This document shows positions 18,019 to 28,300 of a stretch of 44,029 nucleotides of DNA, one piece after another. The stretch is taken from positions 144,877 through 188,905 of the forward strand of contig CAYQEU010000002.1 in assembly GCA_964416765.1 (NCBI GenBank), written 5' to 3'. The notes under the pieces were generated by a model. It had not been told where the DNA came from, searched no databases, and was given only the letters and a program-made list of their open reading frames with translations. Position 1 is the first letter of the stretch; the number at the start of each line of letters is the position of its first letter. The position numbers were made by a program, and so were the translations under genes. Source of the stretch: an uncultured Candidatus Saccharibacteria bacterium. GTDB lineage: Bacteria > Patescibacteriota > Doudnabacteria > UBA920.

Positions 18019-19560
18019 ATGAAACAAAAACTTCTCTTAGTCTTGGGGGCGATATTTGCATTCGGCCCTTTTTTGTCGGGTTTGGTAAATCCTGCCCCGG
18101 CTCACGCTGAACTGAGTACCCTCAGGAACATAACCTTTCCTGTCATCGGCAAAGTAAATTATTCTGATGATTTCGCGGCTCCCCGCACCGGCCACACCCA
18201 CGAGGGGAATGACCTTCTGGGTAAAAAGTTAATGCCTTTGGTGGCTGCTGTGGACGGCACCGTGACTTTCGTGGTTTGGCCAGAAGCCAGTTACGGCTAT
18301 ATGGTAACCATTACCGACTCGGAAGGATACAAATACAATTACCTTCATATCAACAACGACACCCCAGGTACGGATGATGGCTTGGGCGGTGGTGTTAACG
18401 CGTACGCCCCCGGGATTGAAAGTGGCGCCAAAGTTGTGAAAGGCCAGCTGATTGGTTGGATGGGCGATAGCGGCAACGCGGAATCAACGGCACCGCACCT
18501 GCACTTTGAAATTCGTTTTCCCGACGACACCGCCTTTAGTCCCTACCAGAGCTTACAGCAAGCCACTCATATTACTACACCGGTAGTGCCTGCCCAGCGC
18601 GGGGACGAACTTTTGCCGTTCAGTGAATTTTCTGGCGGAGCGAGTCTCGCAACCGGAAATCTGGATTCCGATTCCAGCAAGGAAGTGGTTGTGGGAGCAG
18701 GACCGGGCGGCGGACCCTTAGTTCGCCGCTTCCAGGCAGTGCCGAGTGGAACCATAAACAGCACGGCTACGGACACTTCAATATCCGGTGACTTTTATGC
18801 GTATGACCCCAGTTTTCGTGGCGGCGTTGATGTCGCGACAGGCGATGTAAACGGCGACGGGGTTGATGAAATTATTACCGCCGCTGGCGTCGGTGGAGGT
18901 CCACATATCAAAGTGTTTAACCAAAGCGGCACCTTGATGAACCAATTTATGGCTTACGCGGCGAATTTTCATGGCGGTGTAAACGTGGCTGCGGCCGATC
19001 TTGATGGCGACGGAAAAGCGGAGATAGTCACTGCGCCCAAACAGGGCGGCGGTCCGCACGTCCGCGTGTTTAAGTCTGATGGCACAGTAGTTAAAGAGTT
19101 CATGGCCTATGCCGGGAACTTCTATGGTGGAGTTGATGTTGCCGCGGTACCGGCGGCCAACGGCAAACCCGCCATGGTAATCACCGGTGCCGGTTTCGGC
19201 GGCGGCCCCCACGTCCGCGCTTTTAACCTCCAGGCAGTGGAGCAGGCCGGCTTCTATGCGTATGACCCCAACTTTCACGGTGGAATCCGCATTAGCGCGG
19301 GCAAAGTAAATGGCGTCTACAAACTTGCTACCAGCCCTGCCTCCGGCGGCGGTGCTGACTTTAAACTGTTTGCCTTGGATGGGACATCCGCCACAGGTTA
19401 CACCGCGTTTGAAAAATGGTGGAGTGGCGGCTATGACGTGGCTGTGGGAGACACTTTGCCAATCGTGGTTAGCGGGCCGAACACCAGACGCGTTACTGTC
19501 CGTAACGTGAAAACGTCCAGCAATGACGGGGGCGGTTTCTGCAACCATTGCCAGTTCTAG
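18019..19560 (+). CDS. secreted M23 peptidase with C-terminal FG-GAP-like repeats
   Basis: Signal peptide ending AHA; M23 zinc ligands HEGND and HLH; about 6 repeats of the type FxAYxxxFxGGVxVAxGDxxGDGxxEIxTxxGxGGGPHVxVF. Start taken at 18019. Confidence 0.88.
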   Translation: MKQKLLLVLGAIFAFGPFLSGLVNPAPAHAELSTLRNITFPVIGKVNYSDDFAAPRTGHTHEGNDLLGKKLMPLVAAVDGTVTFVVWPEASYGYMVTITDSEGYKYNYLHINNDTPGTDDGLGGGVNAYAPGIESGAKVVKGQLIGWMGDSGNAESTAPHLHFEIRFPDDTAFSPYQSLQQATHITTPVVPAQRGDELLPFSEFSGGASLATGNLDSDSSKEVVVGAGPGGGPLVRRFQAVPSGTINSTATDTSISGDFYAYDPSFRGGVDVATGDVNGDGVDEIITAAGVGGGPHIKVFNQSGTLMNQFMAYAANFHGGVNVAAADLDGDGKAEIVTAPKQGGGPHVRVFKSDGTVVKEFMAYAGNFYGGVDVAAVPAANGKPAMVITGAGFGGGPHVRAFNLQAVEQAGFYAYDPNFHGGIRISAGKVNGVYKLATSPASGGGADFKLFALDGTSATGYTAFEKWWSGGYDVAVGDTLPIVVSGPNTRRVTVRNVKTSSNDGGGFCNHCQF

Positions 19561-19588
19561 GAATACCAAGCAAAACTTGAGAAATATT

Positions 19589-19618
19589 TAAACCCGACTT
19601 TATGTCGGGTTTATTTTT
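19589..19618 (+). terminator. intrinsic terminator after the M23 gene
   Basis: TAAACCCGAC-tttat-GTCGGGTTTA then T5. Confidence 0.8.
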
Positions 19619-19665
19619 GCATCAGGGCAATTCTCATATGATTCTTCTACTAATGAGGAGGAATC

Positions 19666-21651
19666 ATGCAATTGAAACTGTGGGTTTATATTATAACGGT
19701 TGGTATTGTGGTATTTCGCGGCGTTCCCGTTAAAGCAACCACGGATATTTCGAATTGCCCATCAGGCGAGATTGTGGGTCAGCCCCCAATCTCGCAGGTG
19801 CCGACTTATGATTATGACGCAGCCGGCATATTACAATTTCACTTCCACTTTACCAGTGAATCGTGGAATTATAATACACTAAAAGTGGGGTATTACGATC
19901 AGGGTTGCGCGTTTGTCAGTGAACAAAACACCGGACAGGTTGGGGGAGTTATATTACCGCCGGGCAAAAACTTATTGGTTAAAGTAGAGCCGTCCGTACC
20001 GGGGAAATACAATTTTAAAGTGTATAACGAAGACACGGGAGAATTCCAAGGTGCGGGCTTAGGTTTCGTTCCGCTCGACTTTAATTACTGGGGGATTCGT
20101 ATAACTCTTAGCAATGTTACGGGAAGTTATTACCAGCCGATAGTAGATGTTGTGACCACCCCAGTCGTGCCTGTACAGCGGCCGGCGCAGGCGCCAGCAA
20201 GAAACCCTGTCTTGATTTTACCAGGTGTTATGGGGACCGAGCTGTCTAAGGGCAACTCCCTACTGTGGCCAAATGTTAATCAAATGCTCACCGACATAGG
20301 TGACCGGTTTTTAGATGACCTAAGTTTCAACCAGGATTTGCAGCCCATCGCCGATATTTCGGTCGGGGGTGTAGTGAAGGAACCCTTTCCGGGTGAGCAT
20401 TATTACGACAATTTGCTTTCCGCATTAGAAAAGCTGGGGTATAAGGAAAACCAGGATTTATTTGTGTTTCCTTACGACTGGCGCTTTGGAGTAAGGGAGC
20501 AAACCACGGCCGCGCTTGCCGAGCGGATAAAGGGAATTGCCGGTAATTTTAAAATTGATGTAATCGCTCATAGTACCGGCGGGCTGTTATTGAAGAAAGC
20601 GCTGCAGCAAACCCAGGGAGTTTTCGTAGACAAAGCGATATTAATCGCGGTGCCTAACTATGGTTCATCGCAAGCAGTCAAAATTTTGCGAGAAGGAGAT
20701 GATTTGGGTATTCCGTGGCTTGACCCATCGGAAATAAAAAAGATCTCACAAAACTTTCCTGTCATTTATGATCTATTGCCCGGCGCTGAGCTGTCCGAGG
20801 AGCCTGGCATGAATGTAAACGCTAAGGCTTGGCAAAACGCTCGCAACCTTCACACGAATGAGTTTGATAACTTCGATTGGTCAGCACGAGGTGTAGACAG
20901 TTTTGTAATCGCGGGATGCGGTTCAGATACAGACGGGGAAAGCGGGGATGGGACGGTCGGGTTGGTAAGCGCGGTGGCTAACAGTACTCCCGACAAAACT
21001 TTTTATGTCCTAGGTTCGAACCACTCTAAATTGCCGGGCGCGGAAAGCAGCCTGGAGGTTATTAGTGGGATTCTTGCAGGTCGGTCAATCCTAAATTTTT
21101 CGAGTCCAAACATTACTCAAGACCAGTCAAAGTGTGGAACCGGACAGATATCATCGTTGTTCGCGGGCATAACGCGCCCGTTGGTAGAGGAGTCTACCCA
21201 GGGATTAGCGCAGGCTGCGACTGGTAGCGGTTGGGTATACGGCCTACCACCCGCCCAGCCTTTGGAGGTCAAACAGGAGTTAGCGAAAAAGGTTCTTCCT
21301 CACATAGACAAAACGTTGGTTCAGTATGGAAACACCATCTATTTAATAGAGAATTCCCAGCGCAGGGGATTTAAGGATCTGGGGGACTTTTTCTCTTATG
21401 GGTTGAGCCTTAAGAATGTCGTAACCGCTAATGTTGCGGACCTCGATCTCGCTGAAGGGTTGTTAATGTCCGCAAAACCGGGTATTTTAGCCCGAAATTA
21501 CCTTGATGGTAAAATTTACTACCTGAACCAAACTTTGGAGAAACAACTGATATCCACAAAGAGGGCGATCAAGAATTGGACGGCTTCTTTTCCACAGATA
21601 CCGAACCTGGATTTAAGCGGCTATTTCCTAGGAAAATCGATAACTAAATAA
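19666..21651 (+). CDS. secreted LCAT/PLA2G15-like alpha/beta hydrolase (lipase/acyltransferase)
   Basis: Signal peptide; PVLILPGVMGT, FPYDWR, nucleophile elbow AHSTGG, GDGTV and HSKL; GAGGAGG SD upstream. Confidence 0.8.
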   Translation: MQLKLWVYIITVGIVVFRGVPVKATTDISNCPSGEIVGQPPISQVPTYDYDAAGILQFHFHFTSESWNYNTLKVGYYDQGCAFVSEQNTGQVGGVILPPGKNLLVKVEPSVPGKYNFKVYNEDTGEFQGAGLGFVPLDFNYWGIRITLSNVTGSYYQPIVDVVTTPVVPVQRPAQAPARNPVLILPGVMGTELSKGNSLLWPNVNQMLTDIGDRFLDDLSFNQDLQPIADISVGGVVKEPFPGEHYYDNLLSALEKLGYKENQDLFVFPYDWRFGVREQTTAALAERIKGIAGNFKIDVIAHSTGGLLLKKALQQTQGVFVDKAILIAVPNYGSSQAVKILREGDDLGIPWLDPSEIKKISQNFPVIYDLLPGAELSEEPGMNVNAKAWQNARNLHTNEFDNFDWSARGVDSFVIAGCGSDTDGESGDGTVGLVSAVANSTPDKTFYVLGSNHSKLPGAESSLEVISGILAGRSILNFSSPNITQDQSKCGTGQISSLFAGITRPLVEESTQGLAQAATGSGWVYGLPPAQPLEVKQELAKKVLPHIDKTLVQYGNTIYLIENSQRRGFKDLGDFFSYGLSLKNVVTANVADLDLAEGLLMSAKPGILARNYLDGKIYYLNQTLEKQLISTKRAIKNWTASFPQIPNLDLSGYFLGKSITK

Positions 21652-21709
21652 TGGCTTATAAAAGCGATATTAAATAAAAAACCGCCTATATAAGCGGTAA
21701 ATACAAAAC

Positions 21710-21737
21710 TTGACAAAAAGAGCTTGACACCTATAAT
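21710..21737 (+). promoter_or_regulatory. consensus sigma70 promoter of rpoBC
   Basis: TTGACA (21710-15), 16 bp, TATAAT (21732-37). Confidence 0.75.
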
Positions 21738-21817
21738 GAATAGGTGTTCTACTCTTTAGCTAAATAACCTTTAAATTAACCGGCCTTTTTCGTGTACTCG
21801 AAAAAGGAAATCTTTTT

Positions 21818-24800
21818 ATGGCCAAACCTGCGAAATCCGCTGTGGTATCCCCATCCACGGCACAAGTTTCCCCACGTAAGTATTTTACCAAAAGACACGA
21901 GTCGGCGCAAATGCCAAACCTCATTGAGGTCCAGTTAAACTCTTACAAGTGGTTTTTTGAAAAAGGTTTAAAGGAGCTTTTGCTGGAAATTAATCCAATC
22001 AAGGATTTCACCGGCAAGAATTTGGAACTTTCGTTTGGCGACTACTATTTTGATAAACCGAAGTACGACGAGAACACTTCCCGCCAGCGCAACACTACTT
22101 ATGAAGCTCCCTTGTATGTAAGCGCCAAGCTTATCAACAAGGTTACGGGAAAAACAAAAACTCAAGACGTATACTTTGGGGATTTCCCATTAATGACTCC
22201 CCGCGGAACTTTCGTAATCAACGGCGTGGAGCGTGTTGTCGTGTCCCAGTTGATCAAATCTCCTGGTGTTTTCTTTACTTCTGAATTTTCCCGTGGCAAA
22301 AACTTGTATGGCGCCAAACTGGTACCGAACCGTGGTGCCTGGCTTGAACTCGACACCGACAATGCCGGTGTTATTGGCGTTAAAATTGACCGCAAGCGCC
22401 GCATCCCAATAACCGCTTTATTGCGCGTGTTCGGTTTGTCCTCCAATGACGAAATTTTGGAAGCTTTCAAGGATATCGACACCAACCCTGAACTGAAATA
22501 CATTGCCACTACTTTAGAAAAGGATGCTTCCACCAATGCCGATGAAGGTTTTAAGGAAGTGTACAAGCGTATCCGCCCCGGGGATTTGGCTACGGTTGAT
22601 AACGCGCGTTCGTTGATCACTGCCATGTTCTTTAACTTTGAACGTTATGACCTGTCTGAAGTTGGCCGCTACAAATTCAACCAGCGCATGGGCTTCCCTC
22701 AAGATAATGACAGTCGTATTTTGACTTTGCAGGACATTCTTTCCGCTGTTCGGGAAATTATCCGTTTGAACAACACCCAGGAACCGGCTGATGATATTGA
22801 CCACTTGGCTAACCGCCGCATCCGTGCCGTTGGCGAATTGATTCAGACCCGTTACCGTGTTGGGTTAGCCCGCATGGCCCGTATTGCCAAGGACCGCATG
22901 TCCCTGGCTGACCTCGACACCGTAACCCCAGCCCAGCTCATTCACGTCCGCCCGATTGTTGCCGCAATGCAGGAATTCTTCTCATCTTCCCAGTTGTCCC
23001 AGTTCATGGACCAAACCAACCCCTTGGCGGAGCTTGAACACAAGCGCCGCCTGTCCGCTATGGGTCCTGGCGGTCTTTCCCGTGAGCGCGCCGGTTTCGA
23101 AGTTCGTGACGTGCACCGCAGCCACTATGGCCGTTTGTGTCCGATTACCACTCCGGAAGGCCCGAACATTGGTTTGGTTGCCCACATGGCAACTTACTCC
23201 CGCTTAAATGATTTTGGGTTCCTGGAAACTCCATACCGCATGGCCAAGAAATCCGTTAAGAACAACGGCAAAGATGCCGTTGGTGAAATCTGCCTGTTTG
23301 ATGTTAAAGATGACAAGGGAAACATTGTGGTTGCCGCGGGCAAGGAAATGAGCGCGACCGATGCCAAGAATCTGGAAAAGATTAAAGATTTGGATGAAAT
23401 CCGCATCAAAGCCCGTCTGACCAACACTATTAAATATATGGATGCCTACGAGGAAGAAAAGCTGACCATCGCGCAGGCTAATGTCGAGACTGATGAAAAT
23501 GGTTATTTCGTGGAAGAGCGCACCGCCGCCCGTATCCATGGCGTGCCGACCATTGCCGCGTCTGATGAAATTGACTGTGTGGATATTTCCCCGAAGCAGA
23601 TTATTTCCGTTACTACCTCCTTGATTCCGTTCCTTGAACACGACGACGCGAACCGCGCGTTGATGGGTTCGAACATGCAACGTCAGGCTGTTTCCACCAT
23701 TGCCCCCCGCGCTCCGCTCGTTGGTACTGGCATGGAAGCTAAAGCCGCCCGCGATTCCGGCCAGGTTATCATCGCTGAAGAAGACGGTGAAGTATCCTCC
23801 GTAAGCGGTGACTTGATTGTCGTAACCAACACCGCCGGCAAAAAGAAAGAATATCCGCTCCTTAAATTCGTCCGCACCAACAGCGGTACTTGCAGCAACC
23901 AGATTGCGCGCGTGACCAAGGGACAGAAAGTAAAAGCTGGTGACGTGCTCGCTGACGGTACCTCCACTGAAGGCGGCGAACTCGCTTTGGGCCAGAACAT
24001 CCGCATCGCTTTCATGTCCTGGGAAGGCGGTAACTATGAAGACGCTATCCTGCTTTCCTCCAGCCTGGTACAGGAAGACCGGTTTACCTCCATCCATATT
24101 GAAGATTTTAAAATTGATATCCGCGACACCAAGCTCGGCCCTGAAGTCGTTACCCGTGACATCCCGAATGTTGGTGAAGAAAAGTTGAAGAACCTCGACG
24201 AAAACGGCGTGGTGCGCATTGGCGCCCAGGTTAAAGCCGGGGATATATTAGTGGGAAAGATTACCCCGAAAGGTGAAACTGACCTGACCGCGGAAGAAAA
24301 ATTGCTGCGCGTTATCTTCGGTGAAAAGTCCCGCGACGTTAAGGACACCTCTCTGACCTTGCCCCATGGTGAATACGGCAAAGTCGTTAATATCCGTGAA
24401 TTTAACCGCGACCAGGGTGACAAGCTTCCATCCGGTGTTGTCCGTTCCATCCAGGTTTCCGTCGCGGTGCTCCGCAAAATCCAGGTTGGCGACAAGATGG
24501 CCGGCCGTCACGGTAACAAGGGTGTTATTTCCAAGATTATCCCGGTAGAAGACATGCCTTACATGGCTGACGGCACCCCGGTAGAAATTATTTTGAACCC
24601 GCTTGGTGTGGTTTCCCGTATGAACCTCGGCCAAATTTTGGAAACCCACTTGGGCTTTGCGGCCCAGCGCATGGGTTACAAAATCGCCACTCCGGTACTC
24701 GACGGTATTACCGAAGAACAGATTAAAGCTGAGCTGGAAAAAGCCGGCATTCCGTCTGATGGAAAAGTCACCTTGTACGACGGTAAAACCGGTGAACCGT

Positions 24801-25315
24801 TTGATGAACGCGTTACCGTTGGTGTGGCTTACATGTTGAAACTTCACCATTTGGTAGATGACAAGATGCACGCGCGTTCGACCGGTCCATACTCCTTAAT
24901 CACCCAGCAGCCTCTTGGCGGTAAAGCCCAGTTTGGCGGCCAGCGTTTCGGGGAAATGGAAGTTTGGGCGCTTGAAGGTTACGGTACCGCCCATACCCTG
25001 CAGGAAATGTTAACCATCAAGTCCGACGACGTTGTTGGCCGCAGCAAGACATATGAAGCGATTGTTAAGGGTGAACCGATCCGCAAACCGAACATCCCGG
25101 AATCGTTCCGCGTGCTTGTTAAAGAACTGCAAAGTCTTGGCCTGGATGTTGAATTGATTGGCGCCCACGGCGTAATGTCCGCCGGCGAGGAAACTGATGT
25201 AACCGCTGAAGTTAATGAAGACGGCGAACCGCAGCCACAGCCGGTTACAATAGACGGTCCGTCCCTGTTTGACGAACCCGTCAAAAAAGAGAAAAAGAAG
25301 AAAGAGAAGAAATAA
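21818..25315 (+). CDS. rpoB: RNA polymerase beta subunit
   Basis: GTFVINGVERVVVSQL, SQLSQFMDQTNPL, HYGRLCPITTPEGPNIG, GDKMAGRHGNKG, GGQRFGEMEVWALE. Confidence 0.99.
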   Translation: MAKPAKSAVVSPSTAQVSPRKYFTKRHESAQMPNLIEVQLNSYKWFFEKGLKELLLEINPIKDFTGKNLELSFGDYYFDKPKYDENTSRQRNTTYEAPLYVSAKLINKVTGKTKTQDVYFGDFPLMTPRGTFVINGVERVVVSQLIKSPGVFFTSEFSRGKNLYGAKLVPNRGAWLELDTDNAGVIGVKIDRKRRIPITALLRVFGLSSNDEILEAFKDIDTNPELKYIATTLEKDASTNADEGFKEVYKRIRPGDLATVDNARSLITAMFFNFERYDLSEVGRYKFNQRMGFPQDNDSRILTLQDILSAVREIIRLNNTQEPADDIDHLANRRIRAVGELIQTRYRVGLARMARIAKDRMSLADLDTVTPAQLIHVRPIVAAMQEFFSSSQLSQFMDQTNPLAELEHKRRLSAMGPGGLSRERAGFEVRDVHRSHYGRLCPITTPEGPNIGLVAHMATYSRLNDFGFLETPYRMAKKSVKNNGKDAVGEICLFDVKDDKGNIVVAAGKEMSATDAKNLEKIKDLDEIRIKARLTNTIKYMDAYEEEKLTIAQANVETDENGYFVEERTAARIHGVPTIAASDEIDCVDISPKQIISVTTSLIPFLEHDDANRALMGSNMQRQAVSTIAPRAPLVGTGMEAKAARDSGQVIIAEEDGEVSSVSGDLIVVTNTAGKKKEYPLLKFVRTNSGTCSNQIARVTKGQKVKAGDVLADGTSTEGGELALGQNIRIAFMSWEGGNYEDAILLSSSLVQEDRFTSIHIEDFKIDIRDTKLGPEVVTRDIPNVGEEKLKNLDENGVVRIGAQVKAGDILVGKITPKGETDLTAEEKLLRVIFGEKSRDVKDTSLTLPHGEYGKVVNIREFNRDQGDKLPSGVVRSIQVSVAVLRKIQVGDKMAGRHGNKGVISKIIPVEDMPYMADGTPVEIILNPLGVVSRMNLGQILETHLGFAAQRMGYKIATPVLDGITEEQIKAELEKAGIPSDGKVTLYDGKTGEPFDERVTVGVAYMLKLHHLVDDKMHARSTGPYSLITQQPLGGKAQFGGQRFGEMEVWALEGYGTAHTLQEMLTIKSDDVVGRSKTYEAIVKGEPIRKPNIPESFRVLVKELQSLGLDVELIGAHGVMSAGEETDVTAEVNEDGEPQPQPVTIDGPSLFDEPVKKEKKKKEKK

Positions 25316-25361
25316 CCCTCCTCTATATATAATCCAACCACTAATCAACTACTAACCAACC

Positions 25362-28300
25362 ATGTTCACCCAAACCGAAGAATTTAAAGGGGTTAAGATC
25401 AAGCTGGCGAGTCCAGAGACTATTCTCGAATGGTCCCACGGCGAGGTCACCAAACCCGAAACCATCAACTACCGCACCCAGCGTCCGGAAAAGGATGGCT
25501 TGTTCGATGAAAAGATTTTCGGTCCTATCAAGGACTGGGAATGTTACTGCGGCAAGTACAAGCGTATTCGCTATAAGAACATTGTTTGCGACAAGTGTGG
25601 CGTAGAAGTCACCAAGTCCAGCGTCCGCCGCGAACGCATGGGCCACATTACCTTGGCCGTACCGGTAGCGCACATTTGGTTCTTGCGCTCCGTGCCGAGC
25701 CGTCTGGGTTTGATTCTGGATTTGGGCATGCAGGAAATTGAACGGTTGGTATATTTCGCTGCTTACATTATTACTTCGGTTGATGAAGAATCCCGGCTGG
25801 CTACCATGGAACAGATTGAAGGCGAATTTAAGGCCAAGAAGAAGGAAATCGAAGGCCGCTATGAAATGCTCATCGCCAAAACCCGTACTGAAATGCAGAA
25901 AGCCGGCGCCAAAAAGAATGAAGATGTGTTGGGAGCGGAAATTGACGCTGAAATCACCCGTCTTAAAGACATGTGGCAGAAGGAATTGGATGTTTTGGAA
26001 AATATCCGTGACCAGGCCCGCTCTGAATTGAAGAGCCTAAAGAAAATGCAGATCATTTCCGAATTGCAGTACCGTGATTTGTCTTTGAAGTATGGCCCGG
26101 TCTTTACCGCAGGTATTGGCGCTGAAGCTTTGAAAGGCCTCCTGGAGGAAATCAACCTTGAAGAGTTGGCCCAGGAACTTACCGTAACCCTGCAGAACAC
26201 CGAAGGCCAGGCTGCCAAGAAAATCTTGCGCCGCTTGAAACTGGTAAAATCTTTGATTAATTCCGGCCTACGCCCCGAATGGATGCTCATTAGCCACTTG
26301 CCGGTTATCCCTCCGGACTTGCGCCCGATGGTGCAGTTGGATGGCGGCCGTTTTGCCGCGTCCGACTTGAACGATTTGTACCGCCGCGTTATCAACCGCA
26401 ACAATCGCTTGAAGAAGCTTCTGGAAATTAAATCCCCGGAAGTAATTACCCGCAACGAAAAGCGCATGCTTCAGGAAGCTGTTGACGCTTTGATCGACAA
26501 CTCCGTGCGCCACGGCAAGGAAGTTACTGCTTCCACCGGCCAGAAGCGCAAACTTCGCTCACTCGCGGACATGCTTAAGGGTAAGCAGGGTCGCTTCCGC
26601 CAGAACCTGCTTGGAAAGCGCGTTGACTACTCCGGCCGTTCCGTTATTGTAGTAGGTCCTCACTTGAAATTGCACCAATGTGGTTTGCCGAAGCAAATGG
26701 CCCTGGAATTGTTCAAGCCTTTCGTTATTTCCAAATTGATTGCCCGCGAGTTCGCGCACAACGTTCGCAGCGCCAACCGTCTGATTGAACAGGGCCGCAC
26801 CGAGGTTTACGATATTTTGGAAGAAGTTACCAAGGACCACTATGTCCTGTTAAACCGCGCGCCAACCTTGCACAGACTTGGGTTCCAGGCGTTCCAGCCG
26901 ATCTTGATTGAAGGTAAGGCTATCCAGCTTCACCCCATGGTGTGTGCCGCTTTTAACGCTGACTTCGACGGTGACCAAATGGCTGTCCACGTTCCTCTGA
27001 CTGACGCCGCGCAGAAAGAAGCCCGCGAAATTATGGTATCCGCCCACAACTTGTTGAAGCCGGCGTCCGGCGACCCGGTTATGACTCCTGATAAAGACGT
27101 AGTCGTAGGTTGTTTCTATATCACCACCGTACGCGATGGCTTGAAGGGTGAAGGCAAAGTATTTTCCGACGCCAAAGAAGCCGTATTGGCGTACAACAAC
27201 GGCCATATTCACATTCAGGCTAAGATCAAAGTCCGCATGCCGGATGGCGAATTGCTGGAAACTTCCGTGGGTCGTTTGATTTTCAACAAGATTGTCCCGC
27301 CGGAACTCGGTTACCGCAACGAAGCCTTCGACAAAAAGCGTTTGCAGGCTTTGGTTTCCGAAGCTTACCGCTTGTTTGGCAATGACAAGACCGCTGAACT
27401 GATTGATGAAATCAAGCGCACCGGCTTTACTTATATGAAGAAGTCCGGTTTGTCCTGGGGTATGGATGACTTGCAGGTTCCAGACACCAAGCACAAGCTG
27501 GTGGAGCAAGCGGAAGAAGAAGTTCAAACTTCATACGACCAGTTCCGTGAAGGTTTGTTGACCGAGGAAGAGCGTTCGAGCCGTGTTATTGAAATTTGGA
27601 CCGGTGTTTCCGAAAAGATCGCTAAAGACGTGTCCGGTACCGTTACCGAGCACAGCTCCGTAAACTATATTTTCAACTCCGGCGCCCGTGGTTCCTTGTC
27701 CCAAATTACCCAGATGTCCGGGATGAAAGGCTTGGTGGTAAACCCGGCCGGTGACGTTATTGAGCTTCCGGTAAAGAGCTCCTTCAAAGAAGGTTTAGGA
27801 GTGTTGGAATATTTCATTTCCACTCACGGTTCCCGAAAAGGTATGTCTGACACCGCGCTTCGTACTGCTGACGCTGGTTACCTGACCCGCCGTTTGGTAG
27901 ACGTTGCCCAGGATGTTGTTGTTAACGCCGAAGACTGTGGAACCGAAGATTACGACATTATCACCTTGGCAGATTCCGAGCATATGAATAAGCCGTTTGA
28001 CCGCCGTTTGTTCGGCCGCGTTGCGGCGGAAGACGTTAAGGACGCCCAAGGCAAAACCATTGTTACTAAGAACCAGGGGATTGATGACGCCCAAGCTAAG
28101 GAAATTGCTGATGCCGGTATTACTGAAGTGAAGTGCCGAAGCGTAATGAAGTGCAAGTTGACCCGCGGTATTTGCCGCCTTTGCTACGGCTATGACCTTG
28201 GTTTCAACAAGATGGTTGAACTCGGGGCCGCTGTCGGTATTGTAGCCGCCCAAGCCATTGGCGAACCGGGAACCCAGCTGACTATGCGTACTTTCCATAC

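Noticed and set aside
18600-19450. Periodic repeats that could suggest a CRISPR array or DNA tandem repeat
   Set aside because: They are degenerate protein-level FG-GAP-like repeats inside a CDS; no identical DNA repeats with spacers
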